Of a stretch of 64,000 nucleotides of DNA, positions 37,277-47,614 are shown piece by piece. Made by a program: the position numbers and the translations under genes. The stretch comes from an uncultured Candidatus Saccharibacteria bacterium (GTDB lineage: Bacteria > Patescibacteriota > Minisyncoccia > UBA6257 > JAUSGH01): positions 3,602 through 67,601 of the forward strand of contig CAYHUD010000002.1 in assembly GCA_964360025.1 (NCBI GenBank), given 5' to 3'. The notes under the pieces were generated by a model. The model was not told where the DNA came from. It worked only from the letters and a program-made list of their open reading frames with translations, and made no database searches. Each line of letters begins with the position of its first letter. Positions within the stretch are counted from its first letter, which is position 1.

Positions 37277-38629
37277 ATGAGCTTTTTTTCTAAGGCAAAA
37301 AAGTTGTTTAAAAAGACCGTTAGCGGCAAGGATCGCGGAGCGGAGGAGATTAAAGAACCGGTTGGATCAAAATCTCCGGGGGGTTTACCAAAAACAGACA
37401 TCACCAGAAGTACGCCGACGCGCGAAGCGATTGAGAGCGAGCTTTTGCGAGGCAGTGAGACCTCCATCATCGGACTCGTTGATCTTTTAATCCAATATTC
37501 TTACGAATTGCGCGCTTCCGATATTCATATTGAGCCGGAGTCGGAAAGGATGCGCATCCGTTTTCGCGTGGATGGCGTGATGCATGATATTTTTGTTTTC
37601 CCCAAAGCGCTTCAGTCAGAGATTATTACCCGCATTAAGGTATTATCGGGTTTGCGTATTGACGAGCATCAGGCGGCTCAAGACGGCCGTTTCAAAGCGC
37701 CGATCAAAGAAGTGGGTTATGTGGACGTGCGTATTTCCATCGCCCCGACTTATTACGGCGAAAACTGCATTATGCGTATTCTGGCGAACAAAACCGAAGA
37801 GTTTACTCTGGAGAAACTCGGTTTTGAAGGCGTTGATTTAGAGAGAATCCGGGATGCCATTACGAAACCCTATGGTATGATTTTGGCCACAGGCCCCACC
37901 GGTTCAGGAAAAACAACGACTCTTTATACTGTTTTACAAAAATTAAATACTCCCGAGGTTGCGATTATTACAATCGAAGACCCGATAGAGTATTCCATAG
38001 AGGGCGTGGATCAAATCCAGGTTAACGCTAAAACGGGTATCACCTTTGCCGCCGGACTGCGCTCAATTTTGCGCCAAGACCCGAACATCATCATGGTGGG
38101 CGAAATTAGAGACGAAGAAACCGCCGGTATCGCCGTAAATGCCGCCCTAACCGGTCACTTATTGCTTTCTACTTTGCACACCAACGACGCCCCGACGGCG
38201 CTCCCGCGGCTTTTGGATATGAAAGTGGAGCCGTTTCTTATTGCCTCAACCGTCAATGTGATTATCGGCCAGCGGCTTCTTCGTCGCATTTGCGATGAGT
38301 GTAAGGTTGAGCTCAAGGCAACGGGCGCGGAGCTTGCTTCTTTAAAGCAGGTTATTAGGCCCGAAATTTTGGGGGATAATAAAACCTTTTTTAAAGGGAA
38401 GGGATGTCCCTCGTGTGATGACACCGGATATAAAAGCCGCATCGGTATCCATGAAGTGCTTCTGGTGGATGACGAAATGCGCGAGGCGATTATGAGCCGC
38501 GTCAATGCCGCGGAAATCAAAAAAATTGCCGTTAAAAATGGCATGCGGCCGATGCTTGAGGACGCTTTTCAAAAAGCTCTGCAGGGGCAGACGACAATAG
38601 AAGAAATTTTGCGCGTTATCAGAGAGTAA
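37277..38629 (+). CDS. pilB: Type IV pilus/T2SS assembly ATPase (PilB/GspE)
   Basis: ASDIHIEP, QDGR, GPTGSGKTTTLY, EDPIEY, LRQDP..IMVGEIRD, TGHL..STLHTN, CxxC...CxxC. Confidence 0.92.
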   Translation: MSFFSKAKKLFKKTVSGKDRGAEEIKEPVGSKSPGGLPKTDITRSTPTREAIESELLRGSETSIIGLVDLLIQYSYELRASDIHIEPESERMRIRFRVDGVMHDIFVFPKALQSEIITRIKVLSGLRIDEHQAAQDGRFKAPIKEVGYVDVRISIAPTYYGENCIMRILANKTEEFTLEKLGFEGVDLERIRDAITKPYGMILATGPTGSGKTTTLYTVLQKLNTPEVAIITIEDPIEYSIEGVDQIQVNAKTGITFAAGLRSILRQDPNIIMVGEIRDEETAGIAVNAALTGHLLLSTLHTNDAPTALPRLLDMKVEPFLIASTVNVIIGQRLLRRICDECKVELKATGAELASLKQVIRPEILGDNKTFFKGKGCPSCDDTGYKSRIGIHEVLLVDDEMREAIMSRVNAAEIKKIAVKNGMRPMLEDAFQKALQGQTTIEEILRVIRE

Positions 38630-38655
38630 ACCGTCTCGTGTGGTATAATTAAATA

Positions 38656-39864
38656 ATGCCTCCCAGAAAGATCTTAAAAAAAGAGGATATTTCCGGTATC
38701 AAAACTCCCGTTGAAGAACAGCCGATTAAACCCCCGGCGGCGACTTCGGAAATTAAATCCGTAAAACCGGAGCCGTCTGTTAAAAAATCTGCTTGGTGGC
38801 GGAAAGATCTGTCTTTCGGAGCGTTTTTCGGCGTATCGCTTCAGGAGCAAATACTTTTTGCGCGACATCTGTCGCTCATGGCTAAAGCCGGGGTCTCGGT
38901 TCTAGACAGTCTTCAGCTTTTAAAAAAACAGACGCGTTCCGGCGCGATGATTAGTATTTTGGACAGCGCGTCTAGAGGTGTTGCCGAGGGACAGTTTCTT
39001 TCTGCCGCGCTCGCGCCGCACAAAAATGCTTTTGGGGATCTATTCTTGAATATCGTTAAAATAGGGGAGACAAGCGGAACTTTGCCGGAAAATTTAACCT
39101 ATCTGGCTGAAGAGCTTAGCAAGAAGAGCCAACTGCAAAGCAAAATACGGGGAGCCATGATTTACCCCGCGATTATCGTTATTGGTGTTATTTCTATCAT
39201 CAGTTTTCTCGTGTTCTTTCTTTTCCCTAAAATTATTCCCGTTTTTAAAACTTTAAACGTTCAGCTGCCGCTGCCGACTCGCATCTTGATTGCGGTGGCC
39301 AATTTTGCCCAGGCATACACTATTTCTATCGCTCTCGGCATTCTGGCTCTAATAATCATCTTTTGGCTGATTCTTAAAATTCGAAGAGTTAAAAAATTTT
39401 TTCACCGCTTTTTGTTGATGATTCCGATTGTCGGTTCATTATCGCGCGCCGTGAACATGTCCAGTTTTTGTCGCACGCTCTCCATTCTTTTGCGGAGCGG
39501 TTCCAGAATAGTGGAGTCGTTGGGCACCTCCGGAAATACCTTGGGGAATTTGATTTATCGCGACAAGATTATAGAAGCCGGGGAGGTGGTGCGTAAAGGC
39601 GGACAGCTCTCTGAACACCTTGAACAATTCCCTAAACTTTTTTCGCCCATGCTTTCGCAGATGATTTTTGTCGGCGAGAAAACCGGAAATTTAAGCGAAA
39701 CTCTGCAATATCTCGGCGGTTTCTACGAGGAAGAGATTGATAATACCACCAAAAACCTTTCTACAACCATAGAACCGATTTTGCTGATTATTCTGGGCGG
39801 TATTGTCGGTTTCGTGGCTATCGCGGTTATTACTCCGATTTACGGCATTACGCAGGGCGTGTAA
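38656..39864 (+). CDS. pilC: Type IV pilus/T2SS platform protein (PilC/GspF)
   Basis: GE.SG.L, AMIYP, LPLPTR, GE.TGNL, IEP...GGIVG. Confidence 0.92.
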   Translation: MPPRKILKKEDISGIKTPVEEQPIKPPAATSEIKSVKPEPSVKKSAWWRKDLSFGAFFGVSLQEQILFARHLSLMAKAGVSVLDSLQLLKKQTRSGAMISILDSASRGVAEGQFLSAALAPHKNAFGDLFLNIVKIGETSGTLPENLTYLAEELSKKSQLQSKIRGAMIYPAIIVIGVISIISFLVFFLFPKIIPVFKTLNVQLPLPTRILIAVANFAQAYTISIALGILALIIIFWLILKIRRVKKFFHRFLLMIPIVGSLSRAVNMSSFCRTLSILLRSGSRIVESLGTSGNTLGNLIYRDKIIEAGEVVRKGGQLSEHLEQFPKLFSPMLSQMIFVGEKTGNLSETLQYLGGFYEEEIDNTTKNLSTTIEPILLIILGGIVGFVAIAVITPIYGITQGV

Positions 39865-40287
39865 ATGAACAAGGGATTTACAATAATTGAAGTGGTAGTC
39901 ACTTTGGGAATTTTGGCGATTATTTTTGGCGCAACGGCGCCCATTAATTGGGAGTTTTATCAAAAGATTGAACTGAGAACTGAATATAATAACTATTTGT
40001 CCTATCTGAAATTAGCTCGCGCCGCGTCTCTGGCAAATAAAAATGCTTCCGCTCACGGAGTTTATGTAGGATTAAACAATGTCACCGTTTTTGAGGGAAA
40101 TAGTTACGCCCTACGGAATCAATCCCAAGATCAGATCTTTTCCCTGTCGTCTTTGGTTACGGTAACGGGAGCGACGGAGATAATTTTTAATCCGCTTTCG
40201 GCGAACACGACCAACTCCACAATTACCCTCTCTAATTCCCTGGGGGTTTATAATATAGACATCAATACGCAAGGAAAAATAGAATAA
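39865..40287 (+). CDS. Minor pilin (FimT/GspH-like)
   Basis: Class III signal KGFTIIEVVV; F.PLS...; I.INTQG.I. Confidence 0.85.
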   Translation: MNKGFTIIEVVVTLGILAIIFGATAPINWEFYQKIELRTEYNNYLSYLKLARAASLANKNASAHGVYVGLNNVTVFEGNSYALRNQSQDQIFSLSSLVTVTGATEIIFNPLSANTTNSTITLSNSLGVYNIDINTQGKIE

Positions 40288-40289
40288 AT

Positions 40290-41729
40290 ATGTTTTTATC
40301 TTCCAGAAAAGGTCAGAGTTTAATAGAAATTCTTATCGCGGTCGCTATTTTTACGACTGTCGTGGGCGCCGTTACTATTGCCTTTAGCGGCGGGCAAATT
40401 TCCTCTGTTGACGCCGAAAAAGCTATCAACGCCGGAGAATATGCCGTAGAGGGGCGCGAAGCCGTGCGCTCCATCTCTAACAGGTCGTGGAATGAACTTA
40501 CGGACGGCGTGTATGGATTAAAATTTGTAAACGGGGAATGGACATTTTCGGGCGCAAGCGACGCGAGGGGGGATTTTACAAGAACTGTTTCCATTGCTTC
40601 TTTAGATTCCAATACTAAAATAGCGACGACGACGATTGCTTGGACATCCGGTCCCTTCCGCAATCAAGAAACGGAAATAGTGGAACAACTGATGCGGTGG
40701 AGTAATCCTGTTCAGGGGGTGTGTAAAATAGGTCCGCTTGCGGGCGATTGGGCTCATCCACAAAGTATCGGTTCCGGTGACATCGGCGCGGGAAATTCCG
40801 GGACCGATGTTGTGGTCAAGCTGCCCTACGTCTATGTGAGCGGGACGGCGGCTACCGGGGCCAAGCATGACATTTTTGTTTTTGATGTAAGTAATCCGAT
40901 CCAACCCAATATGGTGAGATCGTTGGATATCGGAAGCGGCGGTATTAACTCGCTTTTTCTGAAAGGCAATTACTTATACGCCGCCTCGCCAAACGACTCC
41001 AAGGAACTGATTATTTTTGATATTTCCAATCCGCTTAACATCAATCAAGCTGGATTTTATAATTTACCCGGAAGTGCTGACGCCATTTCGGTTTACGTTT
41101 TTAGTGATACTGCGACTATCGGCAGAACCGAGTCCGCTACAAATGAGCTGACCTTCTTAAATGTCTCAAACCCCGTATCGCCGCAGATTATTTCCGAGAT
41201 TTCGACCGGCGGCAATATCTATGATTTTACGGCGAGCGGGGATCGTCTTTATTTTACGAGCCAGCAGTCGGACCCCGATATTTGGGTTTATGATATTTCT
41301 AATCCCCTAAATCCGTCTTTTGTTACGAATTACGATATTCCGGGAACGACGGAAGATATCAGTCTGTTTATCCAGGAAAGCTCCGCGGGCGGAGGAACTC
41401 TTAATATCCTTGACGGCAATATTCAAAATGAAATGATTGTTATCGGAGCGACAACGACTTTGTCTTCGGGGTGGTATGTTCGCGACCGCTTGGGTGTCTT
41501 GGGCGACCCCAACGATATCGTTTGCGTGGAGGGCGAACTCGCATTTTTAGCCACGACAAACAGCAATAAAGAATTTTTGATTTTAAATATTACCGACCCG
41601 GACAATATCACCGAATACGCTTATTTGAATTTTCCGCAATCGGGGAGCGGCATAGACTTTGTGGATAATAAGGTTTTTATGTCGGTGCGCAGCAATGATT
41701 CGTTAAGAATAATAACAGCCGGACCATAA
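40290..41729 (+). CDS. Large prepilin with C-terminal LVIVD-repeat beta-propeller
   Basis: KGQSLIEILIA; repeated IFDVSNP/IFDISNP/LNVSNP/YDISNP/LNITDP. Confidence 0.85.
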   Translation: MFLSSRKGQSLIEILIAVAIFTTVVGAVTIAFSGGQISSVDAEKAINAGEYAVEGREAVRSISNRSWNELTDGVYGLKFVNGEWTFSGASDARGDFTRTVSIASLDSNTKIATTTIAWTSGPFRNQETEIVEQLMRWSNPVQGVCKIGPLAGDWAHPQSIGSGDIGAGNSGTDVVVKLPYVYVSGTAATGAKHDIFVFDVSNPIQPNMVRSLDIGSGGINSLFLKGNYLYAASPNDSKELIIFDISNPLNINQAGFYNLPGSADAISVYVFSDTATIGRTESATNELTFLNVSNPVSPQIISEISTGGNIYDFTASGDRLYFTSQQSDPDIWVYDISNPLNPSFVTNYDIPGTTEDISLFIQESSAGGGTLNILDGNIQNEMIVIGATTTLSSGWYVRDRLGVLGDPNDIVCVEGELAFLATTNSNKEFLILNITDPDNITEYAYLNFPQSGSGIDFVDNKVFMSVRSNDSLRIITAGP

Positions 41730-41731
41730 CT

Positions 41732-42211
41732 ATGAAATTTAATTCGCGCAGGGGGTTTACCCTGATAGAAACAATTCTCTACACCGGAATTCTCTCCGTA
41801 ATTATCGGTTCTTTTTTGTTAATTTTATATAATATTGCCGGGCACAGTGAGAGTAGTTTAAGGAATATTGACTTGATAGATCAAAAACAGTTTATTATTC
41901 AAAAAATCGATTGGTTCTTACAGAGCGTGGCAGCTGTTAATAATCCCACGGCGGGTTCTTCGGGAGCAGTCCTTTCTGTAAATAAAGTCAGTTATGCCTC
42001 AAATCCTATTGTTGTAGATCTATCTTCCGGAGTTCTTCGTGTCAGCGAGGGTGGAGGGGGCGCGATCAATCTTACCCCCACTGGAATAACAGTGTCGGGA
42101 CTTAGCTTCACGCATACGGCGAGCCCTAACGAAACACGCGTCCGAACGGTTATGACCTTAACCAACGCCGCCACCTCTACAACTATTGATTTTGTAAAAA
42201 TTATCAGATAA
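41732..42211 (+). CDS. Minor pilin
   Basis: RGFTLIETILY. Confidence 0.85.
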   Translation: MKFNSRRGFTLIETILYTGILSVIIGSFLLILYNIAGHSESSLRNIDLIDQKQFIIQKIDWFLQSVAAVNNPTAGSSGAVLSVNKVSYASNPIVVDLSSGVLRVSEGGGGAINLTPTGITVSGLSFTHTASPNETRVRTVMTLTNAATSTTIDFVKIIR

Positions 42212-42216
42212 TTAAT

Positions 42217-42621
42217 ATGCGACGTAATTATTTATTGCCTAAAAACGAAAAAGGATATATAGCAATTATTGTTGCTTTGATATTTTCCGCAATTACGATC
42301 GCTGCCGCTTTTTCCGTAGGCACGTCCGGACTTCTTTCCCGCAACTCCAAGGTTGATTTTGCGAACAAGGCGGCTAGTTTTGCCGCGGCGCGGGCCTGTC
42401 TGGATAGAGCCCGGCTCCAATTATCGCAAAACTCTCTTTATGCGGGCAACGAAAGTTTGCAAATTTATGATTATCAATGCACTGTTGTTTCCGTAGAAAC
42501 GAGCGGACCAAACAGGATTATTAAAACTTCGTCCTCCGTATTCGGCGCGACAACCAACCTCAGGCTGACAGTTGACAGCTCGTTTGCCAGTGTTAGTTTT
42601 GAAGAAGTCGTATCGCATTAA
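42217..42621 (+). CDS. PilX/GspK-like minor pilin
   Basis: KGYIAII without E5; A..AARAC...A..QL. Confidence 0.7.
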   Translation: MRRNYLLPKNEKGYIAIIVALIFSAITIAAAFSVGTSGLLSRNSKVDFANKAASFAAARACLDRARLQLSQNSLYAGNESLQIYDYQCTVVSVETSGPNRIIKTSSSVFGATTNLRLTVDSSFASVSFEEVVSH

Positions 42622-42720
42622 TCCCGTTAGAGTTCGACAGGCCACGCATTTATGGAAACCACATCAGACAACACGCAACTTATTTTAATTAAAAACTTAT
42701 TTATCGAACTCTAACGGGAT
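42621..42720. mobile_element. Miniature inverted-repeat element; right end supplies the start codon of the next pilin
   Basis: Perfect 17-bp TIR ATCCCGTTAGAGTTCGA / TCGAACTCTAACGGGAT. Confidence 0.75.
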
Positions 42721-43171
42721 GAAAACAAACAGGGGATTTACTTTATTTGAACTGCTAATTTCTCTCGGGATATTGACCGTTATCTTTGGTGCGACGCTTT
42801 ATTTTTTGAATCCGGCAAAACAGCTCGCCGTTTCCAGAAATGATAGGCGCGAAGCCGATCTGAATACTATTATTAACGCCATTGGTCAGAATGCGGCCGA
42901 TAACCGCGGGGTTTTTACTTGCTTAGCGGGAACACCCTCGGCCAGTTCCACGCGTATGGCCATGGGAGCAGATAATTATAATATCGCCCCGTGCCTTGTG
43001 CCCGCGTATCTTTCACGCATGCCTTATGACCCCGTAGAATCGGGCGCCCACTTTGTTTCCGTCTCGGATTACGATACCGTTTATGCGATCGCCCGCAATC
43101 CGGCAACAGGACGTATCACGGTTTCCGCTATTTATCCCGAGCTTGATGAAATTATTGCCGTTACGCGTTGA
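42719..43171 (+). CDS. Type IV pilin
   Basis: RGFTLFELLI, LNP....SRN..R..DL..I.NA, L.P.YL...P.DP. Confidence 0.9.
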   Translation: MKTNRGFTLFELLISLGILTVIFGATLYFLNPAKQLAVSRNDRREADLNTIINAIGQNAADNRGVFTCLAGTPSASSTRMAMGADNYNIAPCLVPAYLSRMPYDPVESGAHFVSVSDYDTVYAIARNPATGRITVSAIYPELDEIIAVTR

Positions 43172-43191
43172 TTTTATGTTATATTAATTTT

Positions 43192-43566
43192 ATGGCTAAA
43201 AAGATTCTAATTGTTGAAGACGAAACTCTTATTGCCGGATCCATCGTTGATTTTCTTAAAAAGAAAGGATATGACGCCGTCTCCGCAGGCAGCGGAGATG
43301 CGGCCCTGGAGGAGCTCGCCAACGGAAAGCCGGATCTGATTCTTTTAGATATTGTTATGCCCCGCATGGACGGGATTACACTGCTAAAACAGCTGCAACA
43401 CCCCGACTGCGATTGCCGAAATATCCCCATCATTATTTTCAGCAATGTTCCCGGAAAGAAAAAATGGATTGAAGATATGGGTCTGCGCGTGGAAGATTAT
43501 TTGATTAAAGCAAAAACTCCGCTGCCGGAGTTGGAAAATAAAATCAAAAATATTTTAGGGTCTTAA
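43192..43566 (+). CDS. Single-domain response regulator
   Basis: ILIVEDE, PDLILLDIVMPRMDG, FSN, YLIK. Confidence 0.9.
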   Translation: MAKKILIVEDETLIAGSIVDFLKKKGYDAVSAGSGDAALEELANGKPDLILLDIVMPRMDGITLLKQLQHPDCDCRNIPIIIFSNVPGKKKWIEDMGLRVEDYLIKAKTPLPELENKIKNILGS

Positions 43567-44393
43567 AATATCGGTAGATTAATTGCAACTGGTTTCTTGC
43601 CTTCTTCTTGGATTCTTAAGATCGTTAATTTCCCATCAGTTAAGTTCGCCCCCAGAATTTTTGTGCGGATTTGTTTGCCGCTTTTTTCTATAAACGCGTA
43701 AACTCCCGGCTCGGGATTCAAGGCACGAATTTTTTTATGCATTATCGCGGGATCGTCTTTTTTTAGGTCTAACAACCCGTCATTTGTTGAGAATTTTTTC
43801 GTGAAAGTTGCTTCGTCGTGATTTTGCGGCCGGGACTTTATTTTGTCGTTTAAAAAATCAGGCAGGGTTTTTATCAACAACTCCGAACTGAGCTTCGCGA
43901 GTTTATCGGAGAGGGTGATATGGGTATCACCCGGAGTTATCGGTATTTCATTACTTGCCAGAATATCGCCGTGATCTACTTTTTCATCAAGAAGATAGAG
44001 CGTGATGCCCGTTTTAGATTCTCCCCCGAGTATCGCCGATTGGATTGGCGATGCACCGCGGTATTTGGGTAGAAGAGAGGGGTGAACGCCTAGAACCCCC
44101 CGGCGGGGGATTTTGATAATCTCCGTCGGAATAATTTTGGCATAGGCGCAAACGATGAAAAAATCCCATTCGCCGGATAATTCTGGCGCTATCGCCGTAG
44201 GTTTTTCCGGTTGATAGATTGGGATATTATATTTTTGCGCGAGAACTTTTGTTTCCGGAGCGGTAAGAATTTTTTTCCTCCCCGCTGGTTTATCGGGATT
44301 GGCAACTACAAGCGCGGGCGGCATTCCTGCGTTTATTAAGTCTTGCAAAATCCTTGCGGCAAAGTTAGGCGTCCCGAAAAATACGTATCTCAT
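43563..44393 (-). CDS. fmt: Methionyl-tRNA formyltransferase
   Basis: FFGTP.FA, PDKPAGR, HPSLLPKYRGASPIQ, VDHG, IRALNP.PG; adjacent to def. Confidence 0.95.
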   Translation of the reverse strand: MRYVFFGTPNFAARILQDLINAGMPPALVVANPDKPAGRKKILTAPETKVLAQKYNIPIYQPEKPTAIAPELSGEWDFFIVCAYAKIIPTEIIKIPRRGVLGVHPSLLPKYRGASPIQSAILGGESKTGITLYLLDEKVDHGDILASNEIPITPGDTHITLSDKLAKLSSELLIKTLPDFLNDKIKSRPQNHDEATFTKKFSTNDGLLDLKKDDPAIMHKKIRALNPEPGVYAFIEKSGKQIRTKILGANLTDGKLTILRIQEEGKKPVAINLPIF

Positions 44394-44508
44394 CCCGTTA
44401 GAAGCAGATCGCGATTAACGCCAATCTACGATTATTTTTATAATTTCTATGCATATGATTCATGATGTTTTTGTTATAACACGAGCCGATCGCGGCTTCT
44501 AACGGGAT
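44392..44508. mobile_element. Miniature inverted-repeat element supplying the def stop codon and the fmt start codon
   Basis: Perfect 14-bp TIR ATCCCGTTAGAAGC / GCTTCTAACGGGAT. Confidence 0.75.
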
Positions 44509-44987
44509 TTCTTTTCTACAACAACACTGAACATTTCTTTTGCCCTATCAATAAAAAGCTTACCGTTTAAGTGATCCGTTTCGTGTTGAAAAACTTTTGC
44601 CAGAAGACCCCAGGCCTTGAGTTTGATGGGAGATCCGTTTTTATCAAACCCCTTAAGCGTCACCCGCGAAGATCTTTCTACTGGGCCGTATTTTAGAGGA
44701 ACGCTTAAACAACCCTCGTCCATCGTATCTTTTTCCTCTGATTCTTGGATTATTTCGGGATTGAAAACCGCGTAAAATTTATTAGCGACCTGAGCTACGA
44801 ATACCTTTATATTAAGACCGATTTGATTTGCGGAAAGTCCTATACCGTCCGCCTCTTTCATCGCGAAACGCATGGATTTTACCAGTTCGTTAATTTCTTT
44901 CTGCGAGAACTTGGAGAAATCAAAAAGAACGGTTTTATGCCGCAGAAATTTTTCATCTTCTGGTTTTTCGATTGTTACTATTTCCAT
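44499..44987 (-). CDS. def: Peptide deformylase
   Basis: GIGLSANQIG, EGCLSVP, QHETDHLNG. Confidence 0.96.
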   Translation of the reverse strand: MEIVTIEKPEDEKFLRHKTVLFDFSKFSQKEINELVKSMRFAMKEADGIGLSANQIGLNIKVFVAQVANKFYAVFNPEIIQESEEKDTMDEGCLSVPLKYGPVERSSRVTLKGFDKNGSPIKLKAWGLLAKVFQHETDHLNGKLFIDRAKEMFSVVVEKKSR

Positions 44988-45006
44988 AATTCCTGCCAAT
45001 ATTACC

Positions 45007-45276
45007 TTATTTTTGTGGCGAATGCAATACTTTCATGAAATAAGCGCCTTTATTTTTAACATCCTTCCTTTCCGCCACCGACTTGGCGACAATAAGAAGT
45101 TTGTCCTTTCCCAGATCTCTTGCCAGCTTGATATATAGGGACTTATGCGCCCGATCGCTTAGGATATCGGCAACTTCCAGACCCACGAGTTGGAATTCTT
45201 TGTATACATGGGATTCTTCTTTCCGTTCAGCGAGTTTTTTTAGATATTTCCCCCCCGTGTCGGCGAATGATTTCAT
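45007..45276 (-). CDS. Conserved hypothetical protein
   Basis: EFQ..G...A..L.D..HKSLYIKLA...NKGAYFM, a small-protein pattern seen in CPR. Confidence 0.6.
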   Translation of the reverse strand: MKSFADTGGKYLKKLAERKEESHVYKEFQLVGLEVADILSDRAHKSLYIKLARDLGKDKLLIVAKSVAERKDVKNKGAYFMKVLHSPQK

Positions 45277-45314
45277 GACTTAATTCTATGATATTATGAA
45301 TATAAATCCAAACT

Positions 45315-45878
45315 ATGCCACAGAAACGTGTTTTCATCGCCATCAATCTGCCCGAGTCGGTTAAAAAACAGATTGATGCCGAGTTATTGGTTTTACGAGA
45401 GAAATTACCTCAAGGCACGCGTTTTGTCGCCCGCGAGGACTGGCATATCACCGTCTCATTTTTATCCCAGCAGTCGGATGAAAGCATCGGCGAAATTATC
45501 GGGGCGATGTCCTCGGTTATGCCGCGGACAGCGGCTCCGGAGATAAGATTTGAGGATATGGTGTATGGACCAGAGGAAAGGTCCCCGCGCATGGTCTGGA
45601 TCGTTGCTTCTCTTAAAAGCTCGTCTTTGCTCGGCGATATAAAACATATCTTAGAAGAAGAGCTTATTCAGAGAAAGGTACGACTAGGGGAGGGTGACAG
45701 AAAGTTCTCTGGCCACATTACGCTTGCTCGTTTGAACAACTTTGATACGCCGCCGCCCCCATTGGAAAACAAGGTCAATTTTAGTTTTATTCCGGAAAGC
45801 TTGGATCTGATGGAGTCACAGCCTTCGCATTCCGGCCCTAGATATCACTCTTTAACCGCGATGGATTTTCAACAATAA
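45315..45878 (+). CDS. thpR: RNA 2',3'-cyclic phosphodiesterase (2H family)
   Basis: RVFIAI, HIT.SFL and HITLAR (two HxT motifs), L.ES. Confidence 0.9.
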   Translation: MPQKRVFIAINLPESVKKQIDAELLVLREKLPQGTRFVAREDWHITVSFLSQQSDESIGEIIGAMSSVMPRTAAPEIRFEDMVYGPEERSPRMVWIVASLKSSSLLGDIKHILEEELIQRKVRLGEGDRKFSGHITLARLNNFDTPPPPLENKVNFSFIPESLDLMESQPSHSGPRYHSLTAMDFQQ

Positions 45879-45902
45879 TTTAGGTAGAATATCCTAATAA
45901 CA

Positions 45903-47165
45903 ATGAAAAAAATTCTTAATAATCCGTTTCGTGTTTGGTTGGCCTTATGCCTCCTTGGTTTGGTCGTCCTCTCAAGTTCTGTTTATGTCGGATACGGCTT
46001 GGGCATAAAATATCCGGAAACCATTTTAGTCAAAAATATCGTCAATGTTGACCCCGATTTTAAAACCACGGGCGATTTTAGCGTTTTCTGGCAGGTATGG
46101 GGCATGATCAAAAGTGATTATTTGAGAAGCGCGTCCACTACAGAAAAGCTGATGGTTTATGGAGCGATTGACGGACTCGTTAATTCTCTGGGCGATCCCA
46201 ATACTGTATTTTTCCCGCCCGAAGACGCCCAAAAGTTTACCGAGGACGTTAACGGTAAATTTGGCGGCATTGGAGCGGAGATCGGCATTAGAAATGAACA
46301 GTTGCTGATCGTAGCACCGCTTAAGGATTCTCCCGCGGAAAAAGCCGGAATAAGAAGCGGTGATAAAATTCTGGCCATAGACAAGGAAAATACAAATGGT
46401 ATCAAAGTAAATGACGCAGTTAAAAAAATAAGAGGGGAAATCGGCACTAAAGTAACGCTCGCCATTTTAAGAAACGGCTGGGAAACTCCGCGTGATTTTA
46501 CGATTGTTCGCGGTGAGATAATTATTCCCACTCTTGATTTCAAGCGGCTTCCCGACGAGGTTGGGTACATACGCATCAGAAGTTTCAACGAAAACGCCCC
46601 CCAGTTATTTCTGGATGCGGCGCGGGAACTTCTGGCGCCGCCGGGCTTAAACGGCATGATTCTGGACTTGCGGGATGATCCGGGCGGATTCTTGGAGGTG
46701 GCGGTAAATATCGCCGGCTGGTTTATGGATCCTAATTCCGTCGTTGCGGTTCAGGAGTATAGCGACCCCGCAAATAAAAGAGTTTATACAAGCTATGGCA
46801 ATGGAGTCCTAAAGCCGATCCCTATCGTAGTGATCGTCAATCAGGGTTCTGCCTCTGCCTCGGAAATATTAGCGGGAGCTTTGCGTGATAATATCGGCGC
46901 GGTCTTAGTGGGCGAGGAAACATTCGGTAAGGGCACCGTGCAGGAGCTCCGTCGCTTGAAGGATGGTTCCAGTCTTAAATTGACTATTTCCCACTGGCTG
47001 CTTCCTAAAGGAGACATGATAGACAAAAATGGCATTAATCCGGATTATGAGGTAAAGCTTTCGGAAGAGGATATTAAAGCCGAACGCGATCCCCAGCTGG
47101 ATAAAGCCAAATCAATAATGAATGACTTGATTAAGAAGATGCTCGCCAAACAGCCCCGCTCATGA
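45903..47165 (+). CDS. S41 carboxy-terminal processing protease (CtpA-like)
   Basis: [37 protein letters not shown]. Confidence 0.93.
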   Translation: MKKILNNPFRVWLALCLLGLVVLSSSVYVGYGLGIKYPETILVKNIVNVDPDFKTTGDFSVFWQVWGMIKSDYLRSASTTEKLMVYGAIDGLVNSLGDPNTVFFPPEDAQKFTEDVNGKFGGIGAEIGIRNEQLLIVAPLKDSPAEKAGIRSGDKILAIDKENTNGIKVNDAVKKIRGEIGTKVTLAILRNGWETPRDFTIVRGEIIIPTLDFKRLPDEVGYIRIRSFNENAPQLFLDAARELLAPPGLNGMILDLRDDPGGFLEVAVNIAGWFMDPNSVVAVQEYSDPANKRVYTSYGNGVLKPIPIVVIVNQGSASASEILAGALRDNIGAVLVGEETFGKGTVQELRRLKDGSSLKLTISHWLLPKGDMIDKNGINPDYEVKLSEEDIKAERDPQLDKAKSIMNDLIKKMLAKQPRS

Positions 47166-47587
47166 AGGTTATTCTTTTAACCGACGTAAAAGGAGTCGGA
47201 AAGAAATATGAGCTGAAAGATGTGCCGGACGGTTACGGGCGGAACTTTTTAATTGCTAAAAATCTTGCCGCGCCGGCAACTTCCCGGATGATGGCTGAAA
47301 AGAATAAGTGGGACGCAACAACGGCGGCGGCAAAGAAGAAGCAGGAAGCTTTGGCTTTGAATATTGCCCAAGAACGGTTGCTCTTCTTTTTAAAAGCCGA
47401 GGGCAACTCTGTTTTTGGGTCGGTAACTCGCGATGATATTAAAAAAGCCCTGGGTGAGCGGGGTTATAGTACGGCGGAAGTAGAGCTTTTAAAGGCCATT
47501 AAAGCGTTGGGTGAATATGATATCAGTGTGCGTTTGGGTCTGGGAGTTAAATCAAAAATTAAAGTCGTAGTTACGGCTGCGGAGTAA
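47162..47587 (+). CDS. rplI: 50S ribosomal protein L9
   Basis: MKVILL.DV..VG....V.DGYGRNFL; FGSV; IK.LG. Confidence 0.96.
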   Translation: MKVILLTDVKGVGKKYELKDVPDGYGRNFLIAKNLAAPATSRMMAEKNKWDATTAAAKKKQEALALNIAQERLLFFLKAEGNSVFGSVTRDDIKKALGERGYSTAEVELLKAIKALGEYDISVRLGLGVKSKIKVVVTAAE

Positions 47588-47588
47588 T

Positions 47589-47614
47589 AAAAATACCCTC
47601 AAGGGGGTATTTTT
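47589..47614. terminator. Bidirectional intrinsic terminator between rplI and rpmA
   Basis: AAAAATACCCTC-AA-GGGGGTATTTTT. Confidence 0.8.
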
